DNA from: a virus | DNA: 64,000 nucleotides | Direction: 5' to 3' (one strand) | Virus record (IMG/VR): IMGVR_UViG_3300017917_001172 | Location: 1-64,000 of that record | In this document: positions 53,035 through 62,999 of the stretch, piece by piece | How the letters are laid out: every line of letters begins with the position of its first letter | Numbering within the stretch: position 1 is the first letter of the stretch | The notes under the pieces: model-generated | Databases searched by the model: none | Told to the model about the DNA's origin: nothing | What the model saw: the letters and a program-made list of their open reading frames with translations, nothing else | Made by a program: the position numbers and the translations under genes

Positions 53035-54196
53035 GTTGTTGCCTTTCTGTCAATTCATAAAAAGTCTTAAAGATTTGCCTACTGTCTAATCCTCGGCGTG
53101 TGTCGAGGTCAGATATATATCTCTTGGTCGCAGCAAGATCAGATTCAAATGGTTGCTTGATGTGATCCAACAACACCTTGTATCCGTCCTCTAATAGGTA
53201 ACCGTGCTTCATTGCTATTCGTTCTCTTAGTAGGCTTTCTAAAGATAATAGCGTGTCTTGCGGCAAATTCCTAATATCCAGTTGGACAGGTCCTTTTATT
53301 GCACCTAACGCAAACGAATTCGCTGCAAATCCTTGTGACATGAAGTAGTCAATGGTATCAAACAACGAGGTATGATTGAGCACGAACCAAAGCATGTTAA
53401 AAGTTATCTTGTGCGGTAGCTGTCTGATGGTCTGTAGATTATTCAGCAAGTCCTGCCACACGCCGCCATATCGTATGTACTCAAACTCTTTGCCCATGGT
53501 TTCTACGCTAACTGTCCAATGCACGTTAGGAAAAGAACAGATGAGACGGAAGATGCCCGTGCTAGTGTTGCTTAGATTAGTATTGACCCTGAGCTCAACT
53601 TCTGGATTGCATTCCTTCAGCTTTGACAGCAGTTGTTCGTTCTCTGTCATCAGCATAGGTTCGCCGCCTGCTAGATAGATGTTCTTGAGCTTGTGTGCAT
53701 TGTCCATGACATAAGACTTCATCCGCTCATAACGTTCAGCAGGAGGCTTTTCAATGTTGAGTCCTAGCTCTCTTTCCCACTTGCTACTCCATTCTGGTCC
53801 ACAGTAGATGCATGCAAAATTGCAGGTGTTTTGCCATCTTAGATCTACGTGGCTAAGATCAAAGTTGTCGATGCTATCGTATGTGCCGAGCGGTACTGAC
53901 TTGAGTTGTTTTAAGTAGTACAGCCTGCTACTCATTATGCCCTGAATGCTTTTCTTGCCCGCTTCTAGAGAATGGCAACCTTTACAACCAGAAGGATATT
54001 CATTGTTTAACATAGCACGTCTTATCTTGCAGTTAGTTTCACTGCCAAGGACGTTTTCTATCGGCGCGTCTTTGATGTTACCTAAGGTTTCTGTAGACTG
54101 TGTACAGTTCTTTACCGTGCCATCAATTTGATAATAGAACCCAGTCCACGGCAATGGACAAAAGCTACCATTGGTTAGATAACCTTTAGGATCCAT
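53027..54196 (-). CDS. radical SAM protein with N-terminal twitch/SPASM-like domain
   Basis: FCPLPW..C..CKGC; CNFACIYC; GGEP; TNLS. Confidence 0.9.
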   Translation of the reverse strand: MDPKGYLTNGSFCPLPWTGFYYQIDGTVKNCTQSTETLGNIKDAPIENVLGSETNCKIRRAMLNNEYPSGCKGCHSLEAGKKSIQGIMSSRLYYLKQLKSVPLGTYDSIDNFDLSHVDLRWQNTCNFACIYCGPEWSSKWERELGLNIEKPPAERYERMKSYVMDNAHKLKNIYLAGGEPMLMTENEQLLSKLKECNPEVELRVNTNLSNTSTGIFRLICSFPNVHWTVSVETMGKEFEYIRYGGVWQDLLNNLQTIRQLPHKITFNMLWFVLNHTSLFDTIDYFMSQGFAANSFALGAIKGPVQLDIRNLPQDTLLSLESLLRERIAMKHGYLLEDGYKVLLDHIKQPFESDLAATKRYISDLDTRRGLDSRQIFKTFYELTERQQHG

Positions 54197-54740
54197 TTTT
54201 ATTTGGTCCTAGTGAGATTTCAGGTATCTTGAAATCGCTTCCGCATATATCCATCAGCGTTAGCAGAGTCTTGGCCCAATCATCAGCATCTGCTGCATTC
54301 TCTACGGTCATTCCGTTTCCGGTAGCTACTGACCCTGGGCGCACTAGCATCATCTTTGGTCCATTTTCATGTTCATGATATAGTTGCCTGTGTGCTTCTT
54401 CCAACGCTAATTTCTGCACCCTGTATTGATTCATGCCTATGCCTGGCATCGAAGCTACAGGACTGTTAGTCATCATGGTTGATATGTTCATTATGAACTT
54501 GTTAGGTTCATCTTTCCATTGTTCATATACTGCATACAGCAGCTCAGTCTGGGAGAATCCAGCCTGTGCATTGTTGATGAACCAATCACATTCTGCAATG
54601 GGACCTACGATCTTATGGAGGCTCTTGATGTTATAACCGTTTCGCCTGCTGAGACCAACTATCTCGTGACCTCTGTTAGCTAGCTGATTAGCTAAAGCCA
54701 GGCCGATACCAGAACTATGACCAGTGATAGCAATTTTCAT
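54186..54740 (-). CDS. short-chain dehydrogenase/reductase
   Basis: TGHSSGIG, NNA, YRVQK catalytic motif. Confidence 0.88.
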   Translation of the reverse strand: MKIAITGHSSGIGLALANQLANRGHEIVGLSRRNGYNIKSLHKIVGPIAECDWFINNAQAGFSQTELLYAVYEQWKDEPNKFIMNISTMMTNSPVASMPGIGMNQYRVQKLALEEAHRQLYHEHENGPKMMLVRPGSVATGNGMTVENAADADDWAKTLLTLMDICGSDFKIPEISLGPNKNGS

Positions 54741-55698
54741 AATTGGTTCCTCTAAGTTTATCTTGTTCTTTAATGTAGTTTAGCAATTCATCAGAGTTAT
54801 CAGGTCCTACTGCCACATCTTGTACGTGTGCAGCTTGCCTAGTCAGAGGGTTGCTATAATAAACATCTAGAGCAGAAGGATGTTTCAATCTTCCCATGCT
54901 GACAGGTATGCCAACCTGCTCGCTATACTGTCTTATCTCATCTAGATTACCTACGGTATAAGCAGATACAGTAGTCCAGAAATCTAGAGACAATTGGCTA
55001 TCTTTCTCGCTAATCTCCTTGTAACGCATGACCGTCTCGTTAAAGACTGGCCAGCGCAAGGGCCATCTCGCATATTCATAGATCTTGTCAGTGCCATCCA
55101 AGCTCATGGTTATTATGACCTTGATGCCTTTGGCAAGGATCTTAGGCAAAGGCTTGATGAACTTGCTAGCGTTTGTGTTAACCCTGACTATCTTAACATT
55201 GCTGGGCAAATCATCTAGCAGTGCTAGATAATTAGGACTGTTAGATGGTTCGCCCCCGTTGATATCGAGTTCAATGATCCTGTCCTGCGGCAAGGATTTA
55301 AAAGCATCAACGTTGTTGACTATCTTATAATCAGGCCCACTTAGGCTACCAATCTTAGTGCTTAGGTTAGCACTACAAAACTGGCAAGCTGCGTTGCAGA
55401 TGTTATCTAATATACCACCTACTATTAAGTAGTCAGGCCTAACGTGCTTCAATATCTTATCGCGTTGTATAGCATGTTGCCTTATGCTAGTTTGTCCTAG
55501 GCTTTCTTCTTGTTGGCATCTAACGCATTCTTTTGGCCAAGTGCTATTGTTGAAATGATCCTTGATGGATAAAAGAGCTGAGTTGCCTTCGAGGTCCTCT
55601 AAGGTTTGTGCTGTTGGGCCATTCATCATGTGTCCGCAAACACCTATCTTGCCGTCTGGCATTATGCGCCTGAAATGATTTAACCTAGGGCAAAACAT
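54715..55698 (-). CDS. radical SAM protein
   Basis: CVRC; CNAACQFC; GGEP. Confidence 0.88.
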   Translation of the reverse strand: MFCPRLNHFRRIMPDGKIGVCGHMMNGPTAQTLEDLEGNSALLSIKDHFNNSTWPKECVRCQQEESLGQTSIRQHAIQRDKILKHVRPDYLIVGGILDNICNAACQFCSANLSTKIGSLSGPDYKIVNNVDAFKSLPQDRIIELDINGGEPSNSPNYLALLDDLPSNVKIVRVNTNASKFIKPLPKILAKGIKVIITMSLDGTDKIYEYARWPLRWPVFNETVMRYKEISEKDSQLSLDFWTTVSAYTVGNLDEIRQYSEQVGIPVSMGRLKHPSALDVYYSNPLTRQAAHVQDVAVGPDNSDELLNYIKEQDKLRGTNYENCYHWS

Positions 55699-56296
55699 CT
55701 GCTAACCTCTTGGCGTGGCCAAACACATGGTTGTATAAAGGCCTGTTGGATGCGATTTTGGCCAATATCTCTCCGAGATTCCTATCCTCACCTACCATGC
55801 TATACAAGCATTGATCAGCTTCTAGATAGAACGACATGTTGTTTATCTTCCAATCTGATCTCTGAGCAGTCTTGTTCTCTGTTAGGTCAGTCAAGCTAGA
55901 CAAGTGTTCCATTCCCCTAAGCTTGAGCAATGCATCTTTAGAACAGTAGGTTCCTAGCCAGATCAACCAGTTTATCTGCGGCAGGTAATGCCTATCTAAG
56001 AACGCATAATGCTCTACGAAGTATCGAACAGTAGCAGGATCTAACTTTTCATCAATGCCTGATGCAAAAGCTTCTATTCCAGCATTAAATCTATCAATAG
56101 GATCTCGAAGTATGATCTCGATAGACTCGCATTTCTTTATTTGCTGGTTGATCAATATCTTCCGGTTATCTAGCTTAGCCTGTTTACGCAGGCTGCTACT
56201 ACCATTCTTGAAGATAGGAAAGACGAAACGCTGTGAGGCAAACTCAATCACCTCACAGCGGTTTGGGTATAAGATCTTATCGATCTCAGTGAACAT
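55685..56296 (-). CDS. sulfotransferase-family (Sulfotransfer_2-like) protein
   Basis: PIFKNGSSSL, RDP.DRF.AG, HY.PQ. Confidence 0.65.
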   Translation of the reverse strand: MFTEIDKILYPNRCEVIEFASQRFVFPIFKNGSSSLRKQAKLDNRKILINQQIKKCESIEIILRDPIDRFNAGIEAFASGIDEKLDPATVRYFVEHYAFLDRHYLPQINWLIWLGTYCSKDALLKLRGMEHLSSLTDLTENKTAQRSDWKINNMSFYLEADQCLYSMVGEDRNLGEILAKIASNRPLYNHVFGHAKRLADVLP

Positions 56297-57309
56297 TACT
56301 TCTGGCGTGAACGGATCATCGCCAAGATGTCTTCTGCACGGGCACTACCACTGCTAGCCTTGGGAGGCTCAGTGGCTGTAGCAGTGCCGGTCTCAAAAGG
56401 GACTTCATCGTCCTCGTTCACAGCAGACTTAGCAGATACAGGTGCGGGATTCGCTGGCCTTGCCGCAGCTGAGCTACGAGCAGACTTGTCGTCTGCGTCT
56501 GCTTCGTTCCTGCTACCACCAGCGATCTGGAGACCAGCTGGCTTGTAGTATTGGCCCCAACGATCAGGATCATATGCCTGGCCATCAACGCTGGCTTCAA
56601 ACATATCCATGATCACCTGGAGCTCAGTAGACGTTGGCTTCTTGGGCAAGAAGTCCTTGAGGTTGAACAACCCGTGGGCATCGATAGCAGCACGTTCAAC
56701 ATTGCTCAGTGCAGACTCCTTGCGAGCCCACTTAGACGTGCTGTAGTCAGCGTAACCACCCTTGCTGGTCTTCGTGATGCTAAAGTCTAGACCACGATCA
56801 TAGCTGGTCGGAAGCTCTTCGATCTCACTGTCCATCAGCGCGGCCTTGACCACGTTGAAGATCTGGGGACCGATGATGAACCTACGGATTGGATTCTCAG
56901 GCTGCGTTTCTTCGCTCATGGGGCTTTCGCGAACGAAACCCTGGAACACGTAAGAACGCTTCTTCCAATACTTACGGCCTTGGTCTTCCAGTGACTTGTC
57001 CTTGAACCAACCGCGCACTTCGCTAAGAACTGGGCAAGTTTCGCCCCACATCTCGACGCAGGGAACCTGTACCTGGGCAGGCTTAGAATCCATCTGCCCT
57101 TTGACACCTGCAAACGGCAGCTTGATCATCGCACGTTCAACCCAGAAGAAATCATTGGTGTTGTCACCATCTGGGAGGAACCTAACTTTTGCTGTTGAAC
57201 CTTCTGGAATGTTCCAGTGCGGGTAGATGCCCTTGTCGCCCCCGCCCTGTCCCTGACTGCGGGACTCTTGCTGCTGTAGCCTTGCGCGAATTTCTGCTAG
57301 TGTAGCCAT
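56296..57309 (-). CDS. single-stranded DNA-binding protein (gp32-like)
   Basis: VRFLP, PC.E.W...CPV, G.DF...K...YADY..S.W, acidic tail. Confidence 0.88.
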   Translation of the reverse strand: MATLAEIRARLQQQESRSQGQGGGDKGIYPHWNIPEGSTAKVRFLPDGDNTNDFFWVERAMIKLPFAGVKGQMDSKPAQVQVPCVEMWGETCPVLSEVRGWFKDKSLEDQGRKYWKKRSYVFQGFVRESPMSEETQPENPIRRFIIGPQIFNVVKAALMDSEIEELPTSYDRGLDFSITKTSKGGYADYSTSKWARKESALSNVERAAIDAHGLFNLKDFLPKKPTSTELQVIMDMFEASVDGQAYDPDRWGQYYKPAGLQIAGGSRNEADADDKSARSSAAARPANPAPVSAKSAVNEDDEVPFETGTATATEPPKASSGSARAEDILAMIRSRQK

Positions 57310-57327
57310 GATGCATATCTCCTCTGT

Positions 57328-57392
57328 TGCCTATTCATGCCTTAGTGTTGCCTTAGCACACACTGTTCACACAGTATATGCTAAGGTATTTA
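57328..57392 (-). promoter_or_regulatory. structured SSB leader: late-type promoter, 16-bp hairpin, three AGGCA repeats
   Basis: TAAATA 57387-92; CCTTAGCATATACTGT-GTGA-ACAGTGTGTGCTAAGG; AGGCA at 57349, 57338 and 57328. Confidence 0.65.
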
Positions 57393-57418
57393 TGTCTGCA
57401 AATTATTTGTTGGTAAAA

Positions 57419-59803
57419 TTAGATTCCAGCGAGGGTTTTTAGGAGCTGGAGGCTTTCAGCCATCAACTTGTCCTCGTTGATGTCTGCTTCGTTGTATGGC
57501 TTGTCTTTGGTAGCTGCGATAGCCTTGTCCTTGGGCTCACCGCTCTTGACCCTGCGGGCGATCATCACATCTGCGAAATCGCTATCACCATCACCGTCCT
57601 GATCGTCCTTGACCCTTAGTTCCTTCTCGACAACTACTTCGCTGTCGTTCATCAGCAATTCGCGCACAGCAGCTTCATCAAACTTGCCCTGCACAACCAT
57701 CTTCTTCATCATCGAAGTAAGTGCAGCAGCCTTCTTGGGATCGCTAGCTGCGGCCTGCATGATAGTGCTGCCGATACCGCCTAGCATGCCCTTGGTCTGC
57801 GTTCCTGGAGCCTTGCCAGCAGCCTGAGCAGCCATTGCTTGTGCTATCTGGTTTGGAGGCGCCTTGATTCCAGCAGCTTGTGTTACTTTGCTAACGTTCT
57901 TAGCTGCCTGTTGCAGCTTGGGATCACGCAAAGCATCAGCTGGACTAGCTGGTTGCTGCGGTGCTACAGGAGCAGCTTCATTTACATCCAATGATCTGAT
58001 GATGCTGTTAACCCATGCGCTGACGTCGCTAGAACCGATCTCATCAACATCGCCTACAAATTCAGCTTCGTCTTGCGCTGCCTGCATGACCTTGTCTAGT
58101 CCATACTTCTGAACTAGATCCATGTGGCGCATCTGAATCCTGCGCAGGATAGCATTAAACGCAGGAGAATCCTCGTAATCCATGCCATAATCTGCTTCTG
58201 ATACCTGATCTTCATCCATACCAGTTACAGCCTTATGAGCAAATCTTTTAGAGATCGCTTTCTGTCGATCTGCGTCTCTTGTCTTCTCCTTGCTATATTC
58301 TGGACTGATTCGAGAGACCAGTGATACTTTAGACTTTGCTTGATCTCTGTAAAATCTTTCATTGTCGGCATATTTCTTAGACCAATCAGCAGCATCTTTT
58401 TCATAATCTTCTGGCATTAACTCAGTTGCCCAAGACTCAAATGCTTCTGCTTCATGGAAGCCGCCTTCACGCTTCTTCTTAGCGCCATATACTTCCCTTG
58501 GATCCTTGCGCACCATCTCTCCGTATGCAGGATCAGTTGCCATCTTCTTGATGTCGTCCATGTAACGCTTGGCTAGCAACATGCCTAGTTGCTTGTCCTT
58601 GGGATCTAGTTCTCTGTCGTGTAGCCTCTCAGCTACATCGCTAGCAAAGTTTGCTAGTGCATCCATGTCGTCACCGATCGCTCTGCTAGCAATGTCGGAA
58701 AGGATGAAGCCCATCAAGCCCATTGCATCAGTGAACTTGGTCTTGCGGATCATCTGATCGGCTGCTGGATCAGCTTTCAGCACTATCAGCTTTTTGGGAT
58801 CCTTAATCATCTTCTCTACTGAGCCTGAAGCTTCAGTGATCTCTGCGCTTGCCAATGCGCGACCTACGGCTGGTAATAGCTGTTCCATCTTTTGATCCCA
58901 TACTTTCCTAGTGAATATTTCCTTGATCTCGTCCAGCTTGCCGTTTGGGTCAGCATCGCTTGGCTTGTAATTCTCTGCATAGGTCTTGTAACCATTAGGA
59001 TGGCTCAATGCACCTAGCGTAGCCTTCAGTCCTTGATATCTTTCCACAATCTTGTTGCGTATCTCAGCAGCATGCTCATCTTCCATAGCGTGGCTGCGAG
59101 TCATCCTAGCAAACTTGCTGAGATCGCGCATCTCGCCAATCATGCCTAGTATGTGCTTGCCCATGTCATCGTATGGAGTGCCGCCCTCTGAGACGTGGCG
59201 TGCCATCGCTCTTGCACCAGTTAGATAATTGTATGGGAACTTGTAACGCTCACCATCTGAACGCTCTAGATAGATGCCATGTATGCTTCTTGACCTAGCG
59301 CCAGGCACTGCTTCATCTACGCTCTTGCTGTGTTGGACTATTATCTTCACAGACTCGAGAGCTTGATAGCTCCTGCGCTTGCTGCCCCACATGGTGCTTT
59401 CGCTGATGCTAACGTCTTTTTCCTTCATAGTACCGTCTGCCTTGCTTAACCAATCAAAATCTCTTGAGTCTAGCTGATCCTTGGCCATGTCTCTTGCATC
59501 AAACGTGAGGAGGTTACGCTTGGCAAATTCTCGCAGTTCTTTCAAGAATCCGTACCAAGCAGCCTTGTCCTCGACTGCATCGACTATGTTCTCGCCAAAG
59601 AACACTTTCATGCCCCTACCATCTACCAAGCTGATGCTGACTGGGCCAACAGGCTTGTCATTTTCCTTGTAGATTATGTTAAAGAATCTAGCTTCTGAGG
59701 GCTCAGTAGTGCTCTCAGATTTCTCGTTACCCAGCGTTACTGGGCTGAAACGGCTTCTCAGCTTTTGGAATAGATCATTTGCTGTTTTATCAATCGGGCG
59801 CAT
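57419..59803 (-). CDS. large probable head/internal protein, modular
   Basis: late promoter; many hydrophobic-x-E/A,S,D junctions; C-terminal DxDxDGD motif; adjacent to terminase. Confidence 0.65.
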   Translation of the reverse strand: MRPIDKTANDLFQKLRSRFSPVTLGNEKSESTTEPSEARFFNIIYKENDKPVGPVSISLVDGRGMKVFFGENIVDAVEDKAAWYGFLKELREFAKRNLLTFDARDMAKDQLDSRDFDWLSKADGTMKEKDVSISESTMWGSKRRSYQALESVKIIVQHSKSVDEAVPGARSRSIHGIYLERSDGERYKFPYNYLTGARAMARHVSEGGTPYDDMGKHILGMIGEMRDLSKFARMTRSHAMEDEHAAEIRNKIVERYQGLKATLGALSHPNGYKTYAENYKPSDADPNGKLDEIKEIFTRKVWDQKMEQLLPAVGRALASAEITEASGSVEKMIKDPKKLIVLKADPAADQMIRKTKFTDAMGLMGFILSDIASRAIGDDMDALANFASDVAERLHDRELDPKDKQLGMLLAKRYMDDIKKMATDPAYGEMVRKDPREVYGAKKKREGGFHEAEAFESWATELMPEDYEKDAADWSKKYADNERFYRDQAKSKVSLVSRISPEYSKEKTRDADRQKAISKRFAHKAVTGMDEDQVSEADYGMDYEDSPAFNAILRRIQMRHMDLVQKYGLDKVMQAAQDEAEFVGDVDEIGSSDVSAWVNSIIRSLDVNEAAPVAPQQPASPADALRDPKLQQAAKNVSKVTQAAGIKAPPNQIAQAMAAQAAGKAPGTQTKGMLGGIGSTIMQAAASDPKKAAALTSMMKKMVVQGKFDEAAVRELLMNDSEVVVEKELRVKDDQDGDGDSDFADVMIARRVKSGEPKDKAIAATKDKPYNEADINEDKLMAESLQLLKTLAGI

Positions 59804-59830
59804 GCGATATTTAGCGCGGATTAGATTTTC

Positions 59831-61393
59831 TTAAAGCACGATGAATGGCATGGGTTCTATCATGTCTGCAGGATTATCCTTCAAGCTTTCAGCTATGCTA
59901 GCATCGTAATGCTTGAGGATGTTGGCCATGTTTACAGCTAGCAGCGTAGCAGAAACTAGATCGTCTTTTTCGCCAGTCTTTGCAGCAAATCCTGCACCGT
60001 GTGCAACAAAGGTCTTGAGCTCAGATATCAAGGGCTTGCTGAATATTCTCATCTTGCCCGTTTCTACCCAATGCTTGAGCTTGGCACAAGCTGCGACCTT
60101 CTTGGTATTTGTGGTGTTGAATCCTTTGCGATAGCGCCTAGCAGCCCCTGCCTTGTAAGGCTCTGAAAGGAAGGTCCCGTGTATGTTTTCCTCGCCGATC
60201 TCAGCTATGACGTTTAGCGCAGCTTCGCCTATGGTGTTGTTTTCTACCGTATAATAGATGTTGTTAGCGTCATCAATCTGCTCTGCTAGATACCTGTTGA
60301 TCTCCTTGAGTATGATGACCTGCCGCGTTATAGGGGTCTTGTTATGCATCCATTCTGCGACCTGCTTCATGCCCTGCAATTGGAAGACCTGGATAGCAGC
60401 ATCATCGCCGCCGGTACCTAGGCTAGGATCCCAGCTGACTAGATAGGTCATGCCCTTGACGGGCTTCGCATACCAGCGCACCTGTCCTTGGCGTTCTATG
60501 GGATCTGATCCTTCCATCTCAGACAGGAACAAGCTGGATATCAGCGTCTCGTCATAGATGATGAATTCGCAGTTGTGTTCGCGACGGAAGCGTTCTGTGC
60601 CAATGCGGCCTTCTTCCTCTTGCGCCCATGTCTTGTCTCGGTCAGGGTGTGCATCCCACTTGGCAAGATAGTGTGCAAACCCGTTTATGCCTATCTTGGT
60701 AGTGTTACCAAACTCGTCTATGTTCTTCAGTGCGCCGCGCCAGATGGTGCTGAACTGATCGTCGTCTGAGTTTGGCGTTGAGGTTATGATTGCCTTACCA
60801 CCAGTTGCTAGAGTAGGAGATATTGAAGCCCAGAACTCTCTAGCGATTCCTGGTCTCACGAACGCAAACTCGTCAGCGTATAGCATTGATATGGACATAC
60901 CGCGTCCGGTTGTTTCTGTTGTCGTCGCTGAAACGATTCTGCTGCCGTTATCAAAGTCGATGCTGCCCTTGTTGTATGATACCACACCGCAGCGTATGTG
61001 ATCAGGGCAAGCTTCGTAGGCATAGCGTATGCGCTGCATGATTTCCTGCGCGCCTGTGTACTTGTGAGCGGCGATCAAGATCGTGCTGTCTGGCACGAAC
61101 ATGGCAAACCAAAGCAGGTATCCTGCTGCAACTGTGGTCTTGCCCATCTGCCTTCCCAGCATGTTGATCGAGAACCTGTTCTCGTGATAGACATGTATGA
61201 GGTCTACCTGGTAAGGAAAGGGATCAAACTTCAGCTTGCCCTTGGTAGGATGCTGTATGTAGAAGAAGTTACGCAGGAAGTATTCAGGACCATTGTCAGG
61301 ATCAGCAGAACTAACAAACTCTGCTATCTGCTGGTCCGTAAAGTCTTGCTTCTGATGCGCTTTCTTGATTAGTACGTTATCTGTGCTGCTCAT
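59831..61393 (-). CDS. terminase large subunit (gp17-like)
   Basis: RQMGKTT Walker A, GRG, DEFAF Walker B, STPN, DPS.G.G.D, DDLV. Confidence 0.95.
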   Translation of the reverse strand: MSSTDNVLIKKAHQKQDFTDQQIAEFVSSADPDNGPEYFLRNFFYIQHPTKGKLKFDPFPYQVDLIHVYHENRFSINMLGRQMGKTTVAAGYLLWFAMFVPDSTILIAAHKYTGAQEIMQRIRYAYEACPDHIRCGVVSYNKGSIDFDNGSRIVSATTTETTGRGMSISMLYADEFAFVRPGIAREFWASISPTLATGGKAIITSTPNSDDDQFSTIWRGALKNIDEFGNTTKIGINGFAHYLAKWDAHPDRDKTWAQEEEGRIGTERFRREHNCEFIIYDETLISSLFLSEMEGSDPIERQGQVRWYAKPVKGMTYLVSWDPSLGTGGDDAAIQVFQLQGMKQVAEWMHNKTPITRQVIILKEINRYLAEQIDDANNIYYTVENNTIGEAALNVIAEIGEENIHGTFLSEPYKAGAARRYRKGFNTTNTKKVAACAKLKHWVETGKMRIFSKPLISELKTFVAHGAGFAAKTGEKDDLVSATLLAVNMANILKHYDASIAESLKDNPADMIEPMPFIVL

Positions 61394-61638
61394 ATCATGT
61401 ACTTATGAGTGAAATTGATCCGTTTCATCCCGCCCCAATAGTCTGCGTGGCTTAAATATATTGCTTGGATACGAGCCTCTATGTTGTTCTTCCAGTGATC
61501 CAAAAACTTGTGTATCCTCGGAAAATCTGGATTCTGATCCACAGTCTGCCATAAGAATTCTTGGATCAAATGGCTGTGATCAGGCATGTAGTAATATATC
61601 TGTACGGTGGTCAACCGTTCTTCGAATAACTGACCCAT
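61390..61638 (-). CDS. Usg-like protein
   Basis: LTT.QI.Y.MPDH..L.Q.F.WQ..D..P.FP....FL..W...IE..I. Confidence 0.85.
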   Translation of the reverse strand: MGQLFEERLTTVQIYYYMPDHSHLIQEFLWQTVDQNPDFPRIHKFLDHWKNNIEARIQAIYLSHADYWGGMKRINFTHKYMI

Positions 61639-61729
61639 GCAAATATTTATTATGGTTCTGGTCCAATTTATTGGTTGGCGTATCCTTGCCTTCGTATATA
61701 GTAAAGAGAGAGAAAGATGGAAGAAGAAA

Positions 61730-62248
61730 ATGAGTGATTGCTTGATCTTAAACGCAGATTATCGTCCGCTTTGCTATCTGCCCCTTTCCACGATTCCGTG
61801 GCAGCAGGCAGTCAAGCTTAGCTTCTTGGGTCGAATCAAGATCCTAGAAACATATGATGATTGGGAGGTCCGTAGCCCCAGCACCATAATGAAGGTGCCT
61901 GCACTAGCCATCACCCGAGAGTACATGAAGTACAAGCGAGCAGTTCGCTTCTCTCGCAAGAACCTGTATCTGCGCGACTTGTATCAGTGCCAGTACTGCG
62001 GGGAGACTTGTGACACGCATGAGTTAACAATCGACCACGTGATCCCGGTTTCCAAAGGCGGCAAGACCACGTGGGACAACTGCGTGACGGCTTGCTATGA
62101 TTGCAACTTCGAGAAGGGTAACAAGCATCAGCTGCCCAAGAGGTTGCCTTTCAAGCCCGAGTATTGGCATCTTGTGGGCGCAAACGCTGAAAAGCTAGGT
62201 TGGCACATCAAGCATCCTAGCTGGAACGACTACATGAACATCAAGTAG
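61730..62248 (+). CDS. HNH endonuclease
   Basis: LNADY.PL, RD..QCQYCG, TIDHVIP.SKGG..W.N.V.AC..CN..KG. Confidence 0.92.
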   Translation: MSDCLILNADYRPLCYLPLSTIPWQQAVKLSFLGRIKILETYDDWEVRSPSTIMKVPALAITREYMKYKRAVRFSRKNLYLRDLYQCQYCGETCDTHELTIDHVIPVSKGGKTTWDNCVTACYDCNFEKGNKHQLPKRLPFKPEYWHLVGANAEKLGWHIKHPSWNDYMNIK

Positions 62249-62999
62249 ATTTCATTTTACAGTTGTCTTGATGCCAACGTAAATGATTGCCTTTAGTATT
62301 TTCCTTGCCGCAATGTTCACACTTGTATAAGACGGACATTGCGGCAATATAGTTTTTACGTTCCTCTTCGGTTGGCACACGTCCTTTAATTTTAGCTCGT
62401 TGTTTTTCAACTGCTTCTCTATTTTTAGGTTTTCCTTTAAGCGATGCTGATATTTTTTGCTTAAATTCTTCTGATCTTGTGTAAGTTTTACCTAAATTTA
62501 TTTCTCTTAATTTTTGTTTAGTTTCATTAGTATGAGGCTTGCGAGGTTTACCTTTTTGTTTTTTTGATTGTAACGCACGGTGTTCGTCGGTTCTAACTTT
62601 GCCAACATTTTTTCCCTTCATTGATTCGGATAATTTCTTTTTTGCTTCTTCGCTCATTGGTTGTCGCGTTTTTCCTAAATGAGCTTTTGATATTTTTTCT
62701 TTTGTTTCATCTGACAACTTACTTCCTTTTTCTGCACCTTTGCCACCATCGCCGCCATCTGTTTGGTTTCGTAATATTCCAGTTCCCTTATCAATTCTTC
62801 CGTACCACCGAATAAGCCAACACTCTAACGCTAGACTTCCTGTAACTGTAAGATTGTTTTCAACAATAATAATTCTATTAGGATCAGTAGGCTTTCCGAC
62901 TTCGTATCTGCCCTTGTCCCAAGCTCTTTTTCCAGAGCCTTTACCAATGTAATACGGAGAACCGTCCTCTCGTAAATATGCGTAAACATAGTATTTCAT
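62241..62999 (-). mobile_element. free-standing GIY-YIG/NUMOD3 homing endonuclease gene (Seg-like)
   Basis: YYVYAY...PYYIGKG, E..LI..YG, N.TDGG; S.E.K.K.S repeats; C-terminal CxxC..H..NC; visibly AT-rich. Confidence 0.85.

Noticed and set aside
61390-61638. Small terminase call
   Set aside because: Sequence matches the Usg pattern rather than a gp16-like helical protein
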